Notes: generated by a model not told the origin, from the sequence alone. Numbered from the whole stretch's first letter, positions 51,919 to 63,599 are shown. The stretch: DNA of 63,599 nucleotides, filler included, from Hausera hauseri (GCA_046269625.1; 11 parts of 11 records of this genome joined end to end with filler, not necessarily neighbours in it), one strand, 5' to 3'. Made by a program: numbers and translations.

Positions 51919-53278
51919 GATCTGGAAGAGGAAACACAATATAATTGAAAAATAAAGACATTTTCTGCCTACGTCATTTTTTGTGTGTTAATTCTGTTTT
52001 GTAATTCCTCTCTGCATTTATTTTTAATGTTTATACGCTTCTTTCTTTCATTCAGTTTTCTCGGCTCAGGTTTGTTTTTTTATTTGTACACGTTCCTTGT
52101 CTTCTGTCATCGTTTTCTTCAGCTTTTCTTTATTCATTTTTATTTTCTGTCTTTCCTTTTTTCTCTTCTCCCTTTCCATCCACGATTGTTCCATGGTCTT
52201 TTATTCTTCTTCGTGGGGAGTAAGGGCTGACAGTTTTTGGATGTCTCAGTCAAGGGAATCCTACCTTCACGAAGTCCTTCGTGTACTTTTGGTGCTTCCC
52301 TTTAGGAACATATAGGGCTCTGCTGACTCATCTGGTACTTGAGCAGGATGAGGTGTCCATCGGCCGCTCCTACTTATTGTCCATATCCTACTGAATGCAA
52401 AGTTCAGACGATGATTCAGTTACAAGAACCTAGACTGTGCCGTAGACAGCTGCTCGAGGACTGTGTGCTACATGGATGACGGGCAGTACTCGATCCCATG
52501 TTTCATGTGTACAAAAACTGCCCTGCAGCGCATGGGCCTGACCACTCAAGGGGATGCTCCGTGATTTGCCTTGTATCTCGGAAAACGCCCATCACGGAGT
52601 GGACCTGTCAGAACGCAGATCAGACTCTTCTTTCTCGTACATTCTTTGCCTTTTTACTTTTTCTCCATTCTTATCTTTAAATATCTTTCTTTTTCCCCAT
52701 TTTTCTTTATTTCCTCGCGTACTCTCTTTCTGTTTAACCAAAGTTCGTCTTGTTTTTTTTTCTTTGTTCTATTATTTTCTTTTAAATCTCATTAATATTT
52801 TCACTTGTCTTCTTCCTTTTGATCTTGTTCCCATTCACAGCTTATTTATTATACAACTTAAACTTTGTCACATACAATTATGAATGCCGTAGGAAAATGA
52901 AGTGTTAGTGCCTTAATTTTTATAGGCTTGGCTTTGTGAGTAGGCACGCCACAACCTTTCTCGCTGCATTTATTTCCCATGTTTTTATCCTCGTACCCAT
53001 TTCAGGCTGGGCAAACCTAATATCCGGCGGCCGGAATATTTATTATAAATATTAACAAAAACGCCAACACTACCACCACCACGAACAACAGCAATGATAA
53101 TATCATATTATGATTATTTTTATTATTATTAATAATTTTTTATTATGGACTCAAGGAACGAAAAAAAAATGTGTACACNNNNNNNNNNNNNNNNNNNNNN
53201 NNNNNNNNNNNNNNNNNNNNNNTTAATTAATTAANNNNNNNNNNNNNNNNNNNNNNNNNNNNNNNNNNNNNNNNNNNN

Positions 53279-53773
53279 TTTTTGCACTGTATTCAATGCA
53301 CAGTGAATTTCTTCTTCTTTCAACTGTATCAATACTGAAGCAGCATTCATTCGCATTTTGAAATTAGACAATGTTTTTGTGTCAATTGCCTGAGACATTT
53401 TACATTCAACTGATTTTTAAGGCCTATATTTATACCCAACCACCAAAATTAAAACAAAAATTTTTGGCACAAACCGACCAATCAGATTACACCAATTGGG
53501 GGTGGGAATAGTGAAACCACGACCAGATCAGAAAATGCTTTGTTAAAAATTTATACAAAAATTTTTTTGCGCGAAATTCAAAATTTTACACGTATTAAAA
53601 ATCCATACAGTACGCCCGCCTGTGTTTACCCACTTTGTGACTGTCTCCTATCTCCGCCCTATTAACCGTGCGTATATGTATGATTTTTTCAACCCCATGA
53701 CTCATCCGCGAACCAAACCTTTTTTTCCTTCCCAGAGGGGGGGGTTGATCTGGAGTCCTCACATCCTCCTACT
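53279..53773 (+). repeat. Probable Polinton/Maverick right terminus
   Basis: CCAATCAGA boxes, GCGCGAAATTCAAA, a G-run, and end ...TCCTCCTACT; same layout as 29291-29454. Confidence 0.5.
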
Positions 53774-56653
53774 TTTAGTATTAGGATCTCGTACTTGATT
53801 CCCAATTACATACATGTTACCAATATTTAGTCCCCTTCTTTATTCGAATTCTGCTGTTACTCGTTCATTATGTGGCATCATAATTATCCTGTCTACAAGA
53901 TAAATCGCATGGTTAGTATTCGTCATTTACTAACTTTCGAATGATTATGTAGGGATTTCACATATCCGTATTTATCACAATCAATGTTTCCTATCGTAGT
54001 GACCCAATCAAATCATTGCATTTGCATATTGCGAATTACTGGATTGATTGGCAACTTTTTGATACGTTCTTCATTTTAAGCGTGATTGTCAGCATGACGG
54101 CACAATTCTATAAAACATTTAACGCATAAGCGGACCAGATCATTGAATAACAAATTTTGGATCATTTCAGCCGGACAGACAATATATACTTTTCGTATAC
54201 ACTTTCATGACATTTTCATCAAATTTAGATACGCAACTACATTCAGATTCTGATGTTGATTGATTTGATAACCCAAATATTTCATTCTACTGTGGATAAT
54301 TAGTAAAAATTGTTTTTTACCAACCACCACTAAGCAAGATGGTATTTCGATAGCATTCTTTTATTAATAGGACAAACAATATATACATAATTCAAAAGCG
54401 GCATAACAATAATTATTAACAAAATTAGTTTAACGGAATCATTAATCAAGAATTTACCAGAATGTTTTTCAGTTCTTTGTGGCGTCTTATTTCCCTCTTG
54501 ATGGCCCATCTTTATCTAAGTAGAATAGTAAGCGAATATTTATATTGTAAAGTAAAGGTAGCGGAATAAATTATTTCTTGTTTCGGATACTGTTAGTACT
54601 ATTGCTTTTCTTGATTGTAGGTGAATTTAATTCTAACTAATATACTTTTCAACAAATATTGGCCGTAACAATACTTACCAATACTCACGATCAAATTTTA
54701 GGTTAGTAATAACTATGGTTATGGTTATGTATTTCGGTTCGAATGTTTACAATTCTAAATTGTGATTATTTACGATTATAGAAATCGGATATGACAGGCA
54801 CTTGATTTCCGAAATAGTGTTGTTTATATTTCAAATTCCAAATTCCTATTTCGGTAATCTAATTATAAATAACTATCTATTTTCAAAAACTCGTGATTGA
54901 TGATTTTGTATATTCTTACCCTCTATTGTAAACAATCGTGATTAATGGTTCCCATTATTCTCATTGTTCAATATAAACAACTGCTAATTATTTTAATACC
55001 ACAATCAGTGGTTCCAGACATTCTCAGCATATCAGATCGCATAAACAGTTTCTTTCCATATTGAAATTTTCCAAAGCAAAGGTTATTTAAGTTTGACTAA
55101 GTGTAGTAATTGAATTGTTCTTCACGGGAATTTTATTATTTTATTATAAAGATTTATTATTAGTAAAATGCAACACTTAAATTGGTTTGACATAATTTTG
55201 TCTGATTTTTTATAAATTATTAATTGGCCGCTCTGGTCAACAAATCATGTACACAAAACAAATGGCGATGATACCCATCAGCGGTTTAACAATAGCGAAA
55301 GGATCGACATCTATATACAATCAAGTTTATTAATTATAACAATGATGTTTATACTGTCATAGTTCTGTCATAGATTTTGATACCCAACAGTATATGCTGC
55401 TTACTTAGGTAGTAGGTAATATGTACTTAGCTTTAATCACTTACTGTTTAATATCCTATAGTAAGTTATGGTTAAGCAGGCTGCTGTCAGATAGGGTTAA
55501 CCTGGTTGACAAGGTTCAAAAATTACTTTTACCGCTTATTTAATTTATTGATTTAATCAAGGATAAAACCAAAGACAAAACTGCGCGTAAATAGAACAAA
55601 AAATTGGTTATTTATGAAAAGACAAATGCAAACATTAGCCACAAAAGGAAAACAAGGTATAAAAAACTTACTTGATGTCATTATGATCATGCAAAAACTT
55701 AAAGAATCTTAAGAAATTGTTAAAATGTTACTGCTTAAATACTCCTTTGGTGAGGACACACCGATTAAAATAAATGTTTATACGTGTATAATTATCACAA
55801 AATATACAATGATTATACAACCAGATAAGTCAGAAATGTCAGTTACAGAATAAAATTTTACAGAATAATTCAATACGGAAAGAGAAATATGTGGAACTTG
55901 ATATTGTTAATGCCAAAATAAGTCAATATGTCTATTATTATGCATAACGTCTACATATTGTCATTTGTGTATCTATTATTAGACATTACGTCACTCGTGT
56001 TTTCACAGAATCGACGGGGTCCGAAGAAATTGTCCCAAATTTGTTATTGATGGAGAGGAAGCGGCATGTGTATAAACTTTTCGGTTCATGTACATCGCCA
56101 TCGAGCACAGTAGTTTCGTGCAATTGAACTTCCTTTTGTGCTACATAACGATGTGGTTGGTGCTGTGCGCACCCTATCAGAGGCCGAATTTTGCGACATG
56201 TATTCGTCGTTCCATTTTATTTGGTGGTTGATTGATTGGCAACACTGCATCAGAGCGGTGCTGCGAAGGGGGAAACCTTACCTACCTATCCTACAGGTAT
56301 TATGTCAGAGGATAAAGTTTGGGTTATTAGAAACTTTAATATCTTAATGATTAATTGGCAGTACGGGACCATTTCGAATTACTTGCCAGCTCATAATTGA
56401 TTACTTAACTTAAGAGAAAAAACAATTAACAATATTAAATAAGAAAAACAAAAATAATAGTATATGCTACCTTAGTAAGATCGAAATATTAGAACGTTAA
56501 ACAAATAACGTTAGACAACATCGTTGTCCTCTAGAAGACATGTATGACAGTTCATAACCTAATATGTTGCTCCTAAGGAACCCTATTGTTAACTTATAAT
56601 AAAAAGAACTATTACATGTGTTAGAGTTGAGATATGGGCCAAAATTCGGAGTC

Positions 56654-58265
56654 TGTGAAACCATTTATTTCAACATCATGTTGTACATTAAAACAGGGTT
56701 CTCCTTCGAGTTGGTGATTTGACCGTTTGATGATTTCTTTGGATTGCATTGTTTGTTTAGTCTAAATAAAAAATATCTACCGCCTTTATTTTATAAAAAG
56801 AAACAAGTTTTTAATTCATAATTTTATTTTGATTTTTTGTTGGCGTTTATTTAACGGAAACGCCCTTTTTATAAAATTTAAAATGTTTTACGAAAGTTAA
56901 TAATTAATATACAATTTAAATTTTATCAATCGAGTTTCCCCTTCACATCCTCCCTCCAAGGCGAATGCCTGAGCCTAACATTTCTAGCGTATCATTTGTA
57001 GTTTTCTGAAATTTTGAGTTTCTGTGTTTACGTCCGTCTGTTGGTTAAATATCCGCAGCCATTTTATATTTCTGATTAGTGTCGTACCATTATCTCTTTA
57101 TAACGTATAACTTCTGTCGTGGCGTTTTTCTATTATTTTCATTGGGCCTTCATATTTTGCTTCATTTTTTTCCTGTTTTCTTTACTAATACCCAGTGTCC
57201 GATTTTGAATTCGCGCACTATGGTGTTCTCGCTGGCGTATATCTTGGCATTTGGACGTTCAGTGACTTTTCCCCAACAGTCTCGACGTGACGTTGGTGAC
57301 GGAACATACCATTCTTTACTTATCTTCCTGCCAAAGACAGCTTTTGCTGGGCTAACCCGTTGTTTTTGTTCAGTAGAGTTGAGCGCGAATTCTACTTCAG
57401 GGACTAGGTGAACCCAGTTGTTTTTCCGGCTATCTGCCAGCATAGTGCCCTTATCGTTCTGAAATGCCTCGACAATTCCATTTGCTGAGTGATGGTAAGG
57501 ACTTGAAAACTGGAGCGTGATGTTGTGTCTCTTGGCAATTTCAGGATTCATTTCCTTTCTAGTACTTCTAATGTTGTGGCTTTATCCTGCTTAGCGACGG
57601 TTGCTAGTGATACGTATTTGCTGAAATGATCTACGATCGTAGTATATATCTCTGATTCTTAACTGGTGGGTCGAACGGCCTACAGAAGTCCTTGAATATT
57701 TCTTCAAATATGCCTTCTTTTTTATCTGCGATGATTGGTGCCTTCGTCTTTGTGGTTAACGTTTTCATTGTCTGACAGCTCTTACATCTTTGTATCACTG
57801 CCTTGCACATTGTGGCGAAACTACCCATATCAAAAGTGTCTTTCAGGTATCGGTACGTCTTGTTCCCCGCGTGACACAACGACTTGTGTATCTCTTCGAC
57901 GAACTTTTCTCTTTGCCTGTTGGGTATCCATATTTTACCTTCGAGTGTGACGATCTTTTTGTCCTTGATTTTGCAATGGCTTCTTTGATACGGTGTATTT
58001 CGTCATCCTTCGTTTGCCAGATGGAGTCGTCTGAATTTGAGAGTACAGACAGAAGCTTTGTTTTTATTTTCCCTTTCTTAGCGTCCTCGTGAGTCAGCTT
58101 GCATTAGGCGCATTCGCTACATTCGTTTCGTGCCATTGCGTCCGCATTTCCGTGGAGCAGACTTTTCTTATACTCCATCTTGATATCCAGACTGCTCAGG
58201 AAGTTAATCCACATCTGAAATTGTGGTGTGATTGCCTTCGTTGTCAGTATAAAGTGGTCGGTTCG
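56654..58265 (-). mobile_element. 5'-truncated Ty3/Gypsy element: RNase H end, integrase remnants, PPT and 3' LTR (56654-56947)
   Basis: FQMWINFLSSLDIKMEYKKSLLHGNADAMAR; CHAG..CKSC; FSSPYHHSANGIVE..VEFALNST..SPAKAVFG; PPT GGAGGGAGGA, then a 294-bp LTR TGTGAA...AATAAA..TTCACA. Confidence 0.88.
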
Positions 58266-58318
58266 GAGTGAGATCTTCATCGGAGAGCATCGGTCGTGTC
58301 GAAATATCTGCCGAACCG

Positions 58319-58363
58319 ATGCTCTCTGATGAAGATCTTAGTAAGATCGAAATATTAGAACGT
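58319..58363 (+). ncRNA. Minimal type I hammerhead ribozyme motif (Penelope-like-element type)
   Basis: ATGCTCT-CTGATGA-A-GATCTT AGT AAGATC-GAAA-TATT-AGAACGT: catalytic core, 6-bp stem II, vestigial palindromic stem III, and stem I with one mismatch. Confidence 0.65.
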
Positions 58364-58490
58364 TCGAATCCTGCAACATTATTGTCCTCTNNNNNNNNNN
58401 NNNNNNNNNNNNNNNNNNNNNNNNNNNNNNNNNNTTAATTAATTAANNNNNNNNNNNNNNNNNNNNNNNNNNNNNNNNNNNNNNNNNNNN

Positions 58491-58905
58491 ATCACTAAGT
58501 TTTTCAAGGCTTTATAAATTTTTCTCACAACACTCAAATGGTTGTCGTTGAATGTCATCCGTAAGAAATCGTGGCACAAATCGTGAACACAATTTCCTGA
58601 TGCCCATTTCACTGAGTAAGTTATGCAACATACCTTTGGCGATATTTAGACGTTGAGCCAGATCTCTTGTCACAATACGACTGTCTGTAATGATGGTTTC
58701 CTGCAGCATTTCTTCTCATTTCCAATTTCCACTGGTCTTGCAGACTTTTCCAAATCAAAGACACTTAAAATCTCGAATCCAGTTGTAAATGGTTGCTTTA
58801 CAAGGGCACTCACTTTTGTAAACGTCCTGCAGTTGTACAATAATTTCTTGGCTGCTTGTTTTTTTCAAAAGCAGAAACTTTATGACGCTTCAAAACTGAA
58901 CATTA
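58491..58905 (-). mobile_element. Mariner transposase N-terminal fragment
   Basis: IKFCF; VFDLEKSARPVEI; DSRIVTRDLAQRLNI..MGIRKLCSRFVPRFLT (WVPxxL motif). Confidence 0.8.
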
Positions 58906-59224
58906 TCTGACATTTTATGACGAAATATTGAAATAGCACAATTTTTTGACAAAACAAAAGTAGCTTATGTATGTATGTGTGTGTTAAGAAGGAATTCATT
59001 CTTGTACCGTGATGTTCTTTATTCTAGCACTATGACACTGAGCAAGGACGTACTGAAAATTTTTTATCATAAATAATTTCAGAAACCAATTTAAGGGGAA
59101 TTTGTTTCTCTGAATTGTTTCGTTTATGGAGTTAATCGATTTGGCAAATGAACGACTCCAATACATATTTGTAGTTTTAGATAATGTATTGTGTGAAAAT
59201 GAGTAACTTTCGGAAACTTATCCC

Positions 59225-59530
59225 CATTCGATTTTCAAATGGTTCATGCAAGTACACTAATTTACTTTTAAGAACAGATTTGATCGAACATTTGCATTCT
59301 GATGATATTTGTTACGCTGATTTCAAATATATAAATTATTTTTGCTCTTTTCAAAATCTCCTTAACTATTAACAATATAAGTTTATTGTCAATATTTAAG
59401 GAAATTTTGGATAAGAACAAAAATAAGTTAGATATTTGAAATCAGCTTAATAGTAAACGTCAGCATTCAAATTTTCAGTCAAATCTGTTCTTAGGAGCAA
59501 ATTTGTGTCCGTTGTGAGGTTGAAAAATGT
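59225..59530. repeat. Foldback MITE-like palindrome (~300 bp)
   Basis: AAGAACAGATTTGA..GCTGATTTCAAATAT..ATTTTTGCTCTT mirrored by AAGAACAAAAAT..ATATTTGAAATCAGC..TCAAATCTGTTCTT around a centre near 59380. Confidence 0.75.
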
Positions 59531-60209
59531 CATCCTTGTCCTAACATTTGAAGACTTAGTCCTGATTGCATAGAAGAAAATATTCGTGGAACCATGAACG
59601 GTCTTAAATATATTGACATTCTCAAGAATGTTCTTTAATTTATCTTCCTGCGCAATGGAACTCGAAACCCTACTGCAAAATCGACTATGAAGTTTCTGAC
59701 AGATTAAGCAAACCTTAATGTTTTCCCATGATATGAATCCCATCAATGAATTCGGTAAGTTATTAGGACAAGTATGTCAAATGTTGAAAAATAAGATTTT
59801 CAGAATATAATTTGCTTTTACTCTATTTAATTCCCAAATTATTTTTTCATATATTTATGCATTTATTGTATTCCCATCATGGAAATATTCATTATGGCTA
59901 TTTTATATCATTCTTTTTTTTATAAATTTTCGGTTGAAAGTTTCACCATTAATATTCTATTGATATTCCTTGGAACTATATAACATAAGCTGTAGAGTGT
60001 AGAGTGTCAACGGAATATTATATTTCTGATTTCTGAAGGAAGAGTAACATTAGATTACGAAGTAAAAAATCGAGTATTAGCAGAAAAGTGACGATAAAAA
60101 GGAAGCATTCCTGTAAAATTCTCAAAAATGCCTAGCAAAGTATTTAGTGGGAGTATAAATGTCTGCAAGAAAATATTGGGACACCCAGTATAAAATACAA
60201 ATATAATAC

Positions 60210-63200
60210 ATGATAAATAGGGTCGTGAATAGTTTACCAGTCATCCATTTTCGTCTTTTGTGGAGATGGCTTACCACAATTCCTATTTCAGCATTCCTCG
60301 AAGATATTGTAATAGCCGAACAGAAGATGTACATAATCCAGGTGATAAAGCAATGGATTGCGAAGGTTACAGCTGATGAGCACTGCAATTCTCGAGCGAA
60401 GTTAATCGCATGGCAAGATGAACTGGACATGTACTTACAGCGATTGCGGGTATTGGAAGTGTTGTACAAGAACAATTTGTTAGAAGAATGTGATGACACA
60501 TACATAACTAATCACCTTCCATTGATTCTGAAAATGATTGTCGAACAGTCGAATGAGTTACCTAGCGATAGACTCAGTAATGTATTTAATGCAGTATTTC
60601 AAATCATGACAATAACCGGCATCGATCCTATCGCGTTCTGCACGGACTTTATTAAAGCTGTCCTTAAATTAGACAATACCCATAATGGAGATTTATCCAT
60701 GTCCATGGATCAAGACTCGATACTTTGCAATAGTATCTTAGACTCATCTGCAGAAGATGTTAAGAGTTCATTTGACGAAGAAATCAATCTGACTCGTTCA
60801 CTGTTACTCATGTCCGACACCGATGTCAAACAACAGGTCGCCAGCAAATTATTTCAATTCGCTAGTGAAAATTGCCTAACAATGAGTCAGCTAAATACCT
60901 TATTCCAACTGTTGTTCCAGAGTTTTTTGACTGGAGCTGATGTATTACTCGTTATTGAGATGTCAAGTACCGGTGATGTTGCATGTTTTGGTGAGGACCG
61001 TTATGAAGCTTCCTTGAAGGCTCAGTTGGCACAGGGTCTTAAGTTTCCAAAACAAAGGGGAACTATTTTGTTATTCGTTGGTAGCTATAAACACAAAATG
61101 GAACTACTCGAAAGAGTAAAAAAATTTCCCAAGTTAGGATATCAATTAGTGGGCAGCATGGGTATGGCTGAATTTTACATCGAAAATGGAATAAAAATGA
61201 TTCCCGTTGATTGGGCAAACGGCGAAGAAAGTCAAGGCGATATCGATTCTAGATTGAAAACTGTAAATGATTATATTCGAGAAAATAAAATTGAATTGCT
61301 TATCAATTTACCAAAACGAAGTTCTGGATTAAGAAAAGCTTCATGTACTTCTACACAGAGTTACAAAAGTCGACTATTGGCTGTTGTTCATGGCGTCCCT
61401 TTACTTACAAAGGTAAAATGTGTGAAAATGTTTGTGACTGCAGTCGCCAAGACTATTTATCGTAACAAAACTTTTACAGCAGATCCAAACATCGTTGGCG
61501 AGATCGATTACGAAACGAGACTATTGTTGGATAGCTATGCAAAATATTTTGATATTCCTTTTATTACTTGGAGTAGTCCGTTTGAAATTCCAAATTCGTC
61601 ATTTTTTACGAAACGACCGTGTCAAATCTTTATTGTTCAACCGGATCTAACAATTCCGTTGATCAGCTTTCTAAAAAAATGGGAATGGACTAGATTTATT
61701 TACGTTTATCGTAGTGAATATAGTTTTTATCGAATGAATAAAGTACTTCAGCAGTTGTTCGATGAAGAAGGTGTTAATAGTAGTTTCGATATATTGCCGG
61801 TACATTTACCGATTGATGAAAAAGGGATGTTCCGTAATTTGAGACTGTTAGACAAACGCATATCTCATCTCAGTAACAGACGACTTGTAATTGACATTGA
61901 CGGACGGGAAGAATTGGAGGATCTGTTGCGGTGCCTAAAATTATTGGGAATGATGAGACACGAGTATCATTATTTGATGGTTAATTTTCGAATTATGCAG
62001 CTACCACTGAGTTCTTTCAAATCGAGTCGAGTTAATATTACCGGATTTCATATTTTAAATTATCTTGATCAAGACACGAGAGGGTTCATTACCAAATGGA
62101 CGAGATTGTTGGGTGATGAAGAATTATCGACAGTGTCGTTCATTTTAGACGTTTTCAGAGTGATTCAAAGTCTCTTTACCAATAGACGGTTTCGTTATCC
62201 TCATCAGGTTCAATATGATTTCGATTGTAATTCGTTTAAATTCATATCCAAAGAATCAAATACCCAACAATCCGAAGACTTTTTGTCTTATCGCAAATCA
62301 ATCAATACTGTTGGACAGACGGGATCCATCGCCTTCGACAACAAAACCTGTAGTCGAACGAATGTCACAAGTTTGTTAACGAAATTTAATGGTCAAGGAG
62401 GTGGTGAGTTGGTAGCCCATACAAATACTGATAACGCATGGAAACTGTTTTCCGGATCAGAGAAATTTCGAGACGGACAAACGTCAGTTTCAAAAAACAC
62501 AAGCCAAGTACTTCGAGTTGTAACAATCATGCAAACACCGTTTGTGATGTACGCTCCAAATGTAGTTGGAAAACCGAAATCTGGTAAAGCAAACTTTCAA
62601 GGGTTCTGTATCGAATTGGCCGAACATATTTTTCGATTAATCAATCGGTCGTATGAAATACATCTCGTGAAAGATGAATCATGTGGTGCATTCCCCAAGG
62701 AAAACCAAACTTGGAACGGAATGGTTGGAGAGTTAATCCGTGGTGAAGCCGATGTGGTTATTGCACCGTTGACTGTAATTCCCGAACCTTTCATGACATT
62801 TGGCTTATCTCTTATAATGAAAAAACCGGTCGAAACCAAACCGGGATTTTTCAGTTCCATGAAACCGTTATCGGATTATGTAGGGATTGGAACCGGAAGT
62901 GCATGTTTACTAATTGCTACTGGTCTTAGAATTATTGCCCACATAAGTCCATACGAATGGAAACGAGAGAATCCGTATAATAGAATTTATCAAATTATGG
63001 GAAAAGACCCGTCTGTGTATACGAATACCATTGATGAAGGTGTTGATAGAGTCCGAAGGGAACCTGGAAAATATGTGTTCATCTTGGAGTCAAAGATGAA
63101 TGAATATAAAAATAACATAAAGCCGTGTGATACAATAGTGGTTGGCTCGTCATTTGGCAGTAAAGCGTATGCTGTTGCAACAAGGTCAAATGACAAGGAA

Positions 63201-63599
63201 ATAATCAGAAATCCAAAACTATTTGTTATTCAGGTCGAACAGGATGTTTTTCTGTTAGCTTTAAAATGGTTGTATCTTAATATGTTTCCGAACGAAACGA
63301 AATTTACTAACTATCTTACACAGGTTGCTCAAAACTATCTTAGATCAGATGATTGCTTATCGGAAATCTACCAAGCAACTATCAGTTGTCAGAAACTTTT
63401 TGAGGTTGTTCGGTGGGATAATATTATTTCTTCTTATAATACTGCTTCGTCTTTGACGAAATTCCACGTCATTCAAAAACATATTCTAGTGAACGCTTTC
63501 AAAAATCAGTGGCTCATTTTACTTAAGTATCGCGGACCTCCTGCCAATTTAGATTCTTTATTATTTTGGAAATTCAGTAAACGTTGTAATCGTCTTTTT
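60210..63599 (+). CDS. Chimeric intronless ORF of at least 1130 codons, open at window end: unknown N-part + CAD/CPS MGS-like domain + iGluR ATD/S1/M1/S2 pieces + germ cell-less BACK-region piece
   Basis: Manual translation from ATG 60210 shows no stop to 63599. GADVLLVIEMSSTGDVACFGEDRYEA..GSYKHK..INLP..KCVKMFV (CAD, ~60930-61450); RVVTIMQTPFVM..GFCIEL..WNGMVGELIRGEADVVIAPLT..SPYEW, EGVDRVR..YVFILES..KPCDT (iGluR, ~61490-63185); LFVIQVEQDVF..LKWLYL..NQW (GCL, ~63195-63535). Confidence 0.8.
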   Translation, partial: MINRVVNSLPVIHFRLLWRWLTTIPISAFLEDIVIAEQKMYIIQVIKQWIAKVTADEHCNSRAKLIAWQDELDMYLQRLRVLEVLYKNNLLEECDDTYITNHLPLILKMIVEQSNELPSDRLSNVFNAVFQIMTITGIDPIAFCTDFIKAVLKLDNTHNGDLSMSMDQDSILCNSILDSSAEDVKSSFDEEINLTRSLLLMSDTDVKQQVASKLFQFASENCLTMSQLNTLFQLLFQSFLTGADVLLVIEMSSTGDVACFGEDRYEASLKAQLAQGLKFPKQRGTILLFVGSYKHKMELLERVKKFPKLGYQLVGSMGMAEFYIENGIKMIPVDWANGEESQGDIDSRLKTVNDYIRENKIELLINLPKRSSGLRKASCTSTQSYKSRLLAVVHGVPLLTKVKCVKMFVTAVAKTIYRNKTFTADPNIVGEIDYETRLLLDSYAKYFDIPFITWSSPFEIPNSSFFTKRPCQIFIVQPDLTIPLISFLKKWEWTRFIYVYRSEYSFYRMNKVLQQLFDEEGVNSSFDILPVHLPIDEKGMFRNLRLLDKRISHLSNRRLVIDIDGREELEDLLRCLKLLGMMRHEYHYLMVNFRIMQLPLSSFKSSRVNITGFHILNYLDQDTRGFITKWTRLLGDEELSTVSFILDVFRVIQSLFTNRRFRYPHQVQYDFDCNSFKFISKESNTQQSEDFLSYRKSINTVGQTGSIAFDNKTCSRTNVTSLLTKFNGQGGGELVAHTNTDNAWKLFSGSEKFRDGQTSVSKNTSQVLRVVTIMQTPFVMYAPNVVGKPKSGKANFQGFCIELAEHIFRLINRSYEIHLVKDESCGAFPKENQTWNGMVGELIRGEADVVIAPLTVIPEPFMTFGLSLIMKKPVETKPGFFSSMKPLSDYVGIGTGSACLLIATGLRIIAHISPYEWKRENPYNRIYQIMGKDPSVYTNTIDEGVDRVRREPGKYVFILESKMNEYKNNIKPCDTIVVGSSFGSKAYAVATRSNDKEIIRNPKLFVIQVEQDVFLLALKWLYLNMFPNETKFTNYLTQVAQNYLRSDDCLSEIYQATISCQKLFEVVRWDNIISSYNTASSLTKFHVIQKHILVNAFKNQWLILLKYRGPPANLDSLLFWKFSKRCNRLF

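Noticed and set aside
51648-51961. Trp-rich (WWLWT) and Val/Met-rich ORFs overlapping the Gly-rich gene
   Set aside because: Alternative frames of the GGYGL repeat; only the Gly-rich frame has a signal peptide.
51985-52883. Phe/Leu-rich membrane-protein-like ORFs
   Set aside because: T-rich low-complexity intron/repeat sequence.
53790-55000. Degraded minus-strand coding-like sequence
   Set aside because: Stops in all frames and no identifiable motif.
61490-63185. Functional ionotropic glutamate receptor gene
   Set aside because: Lacks a signal peptide, the M2-M3 pore and M4, and is fused to unrelated domains.

Overview
This is AT-rich invertebrate-type eukaryotic DNA, not one continuous locus. 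Eleven fragments of about 4-10 kb are joined by ten identical artificial 100-nt linkers (44 N + TTAATTAATTAA + 44 N), with one ordinary N gap at 46463-46622, so adjacency across linkers is meaningless and the fragments may come from more than one organism. The content is mostly decayed mobile elements: two Polinton/Maverick protein-primed PolB pseudogenes, three Polinton-type termini, two Ty3/Gypsy elements, a BEL/Pao element in head-to-tail arrangement sharing one LTR, three mariners, hAT-family relics, RTE and Hero/NeSL LINE fragments, a tRNA-derived SINE, MITEs and a minimal hammerhead ribozyme. Host sequence is limited to a KCNQ1-type exon, a NOL6 exon and a Gly/Tyr-rich secreted peptide. 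The most unusual items are: (1) a Gypsy element with a chuvirus/gB-like fusion glycoprotein UPSTREAM of, and apparently fused to, pol, preceded by a catalytically dead REX4/ISG20-like exonuclease domain, with a second homolog of that domain (plus a RING remnant) on another fragment; (2) a Polinton carrying intronless TRAF-MATH and IAP-like UBA-RING genes; (3) an uninterrupted ORF of at least 1130 codons, missed by the ORF track, that fuses pieces of CAD, an ionotropic glutamate receptor and germ cell-less. All family assignments come from motif recognition by eye; no database search was run.
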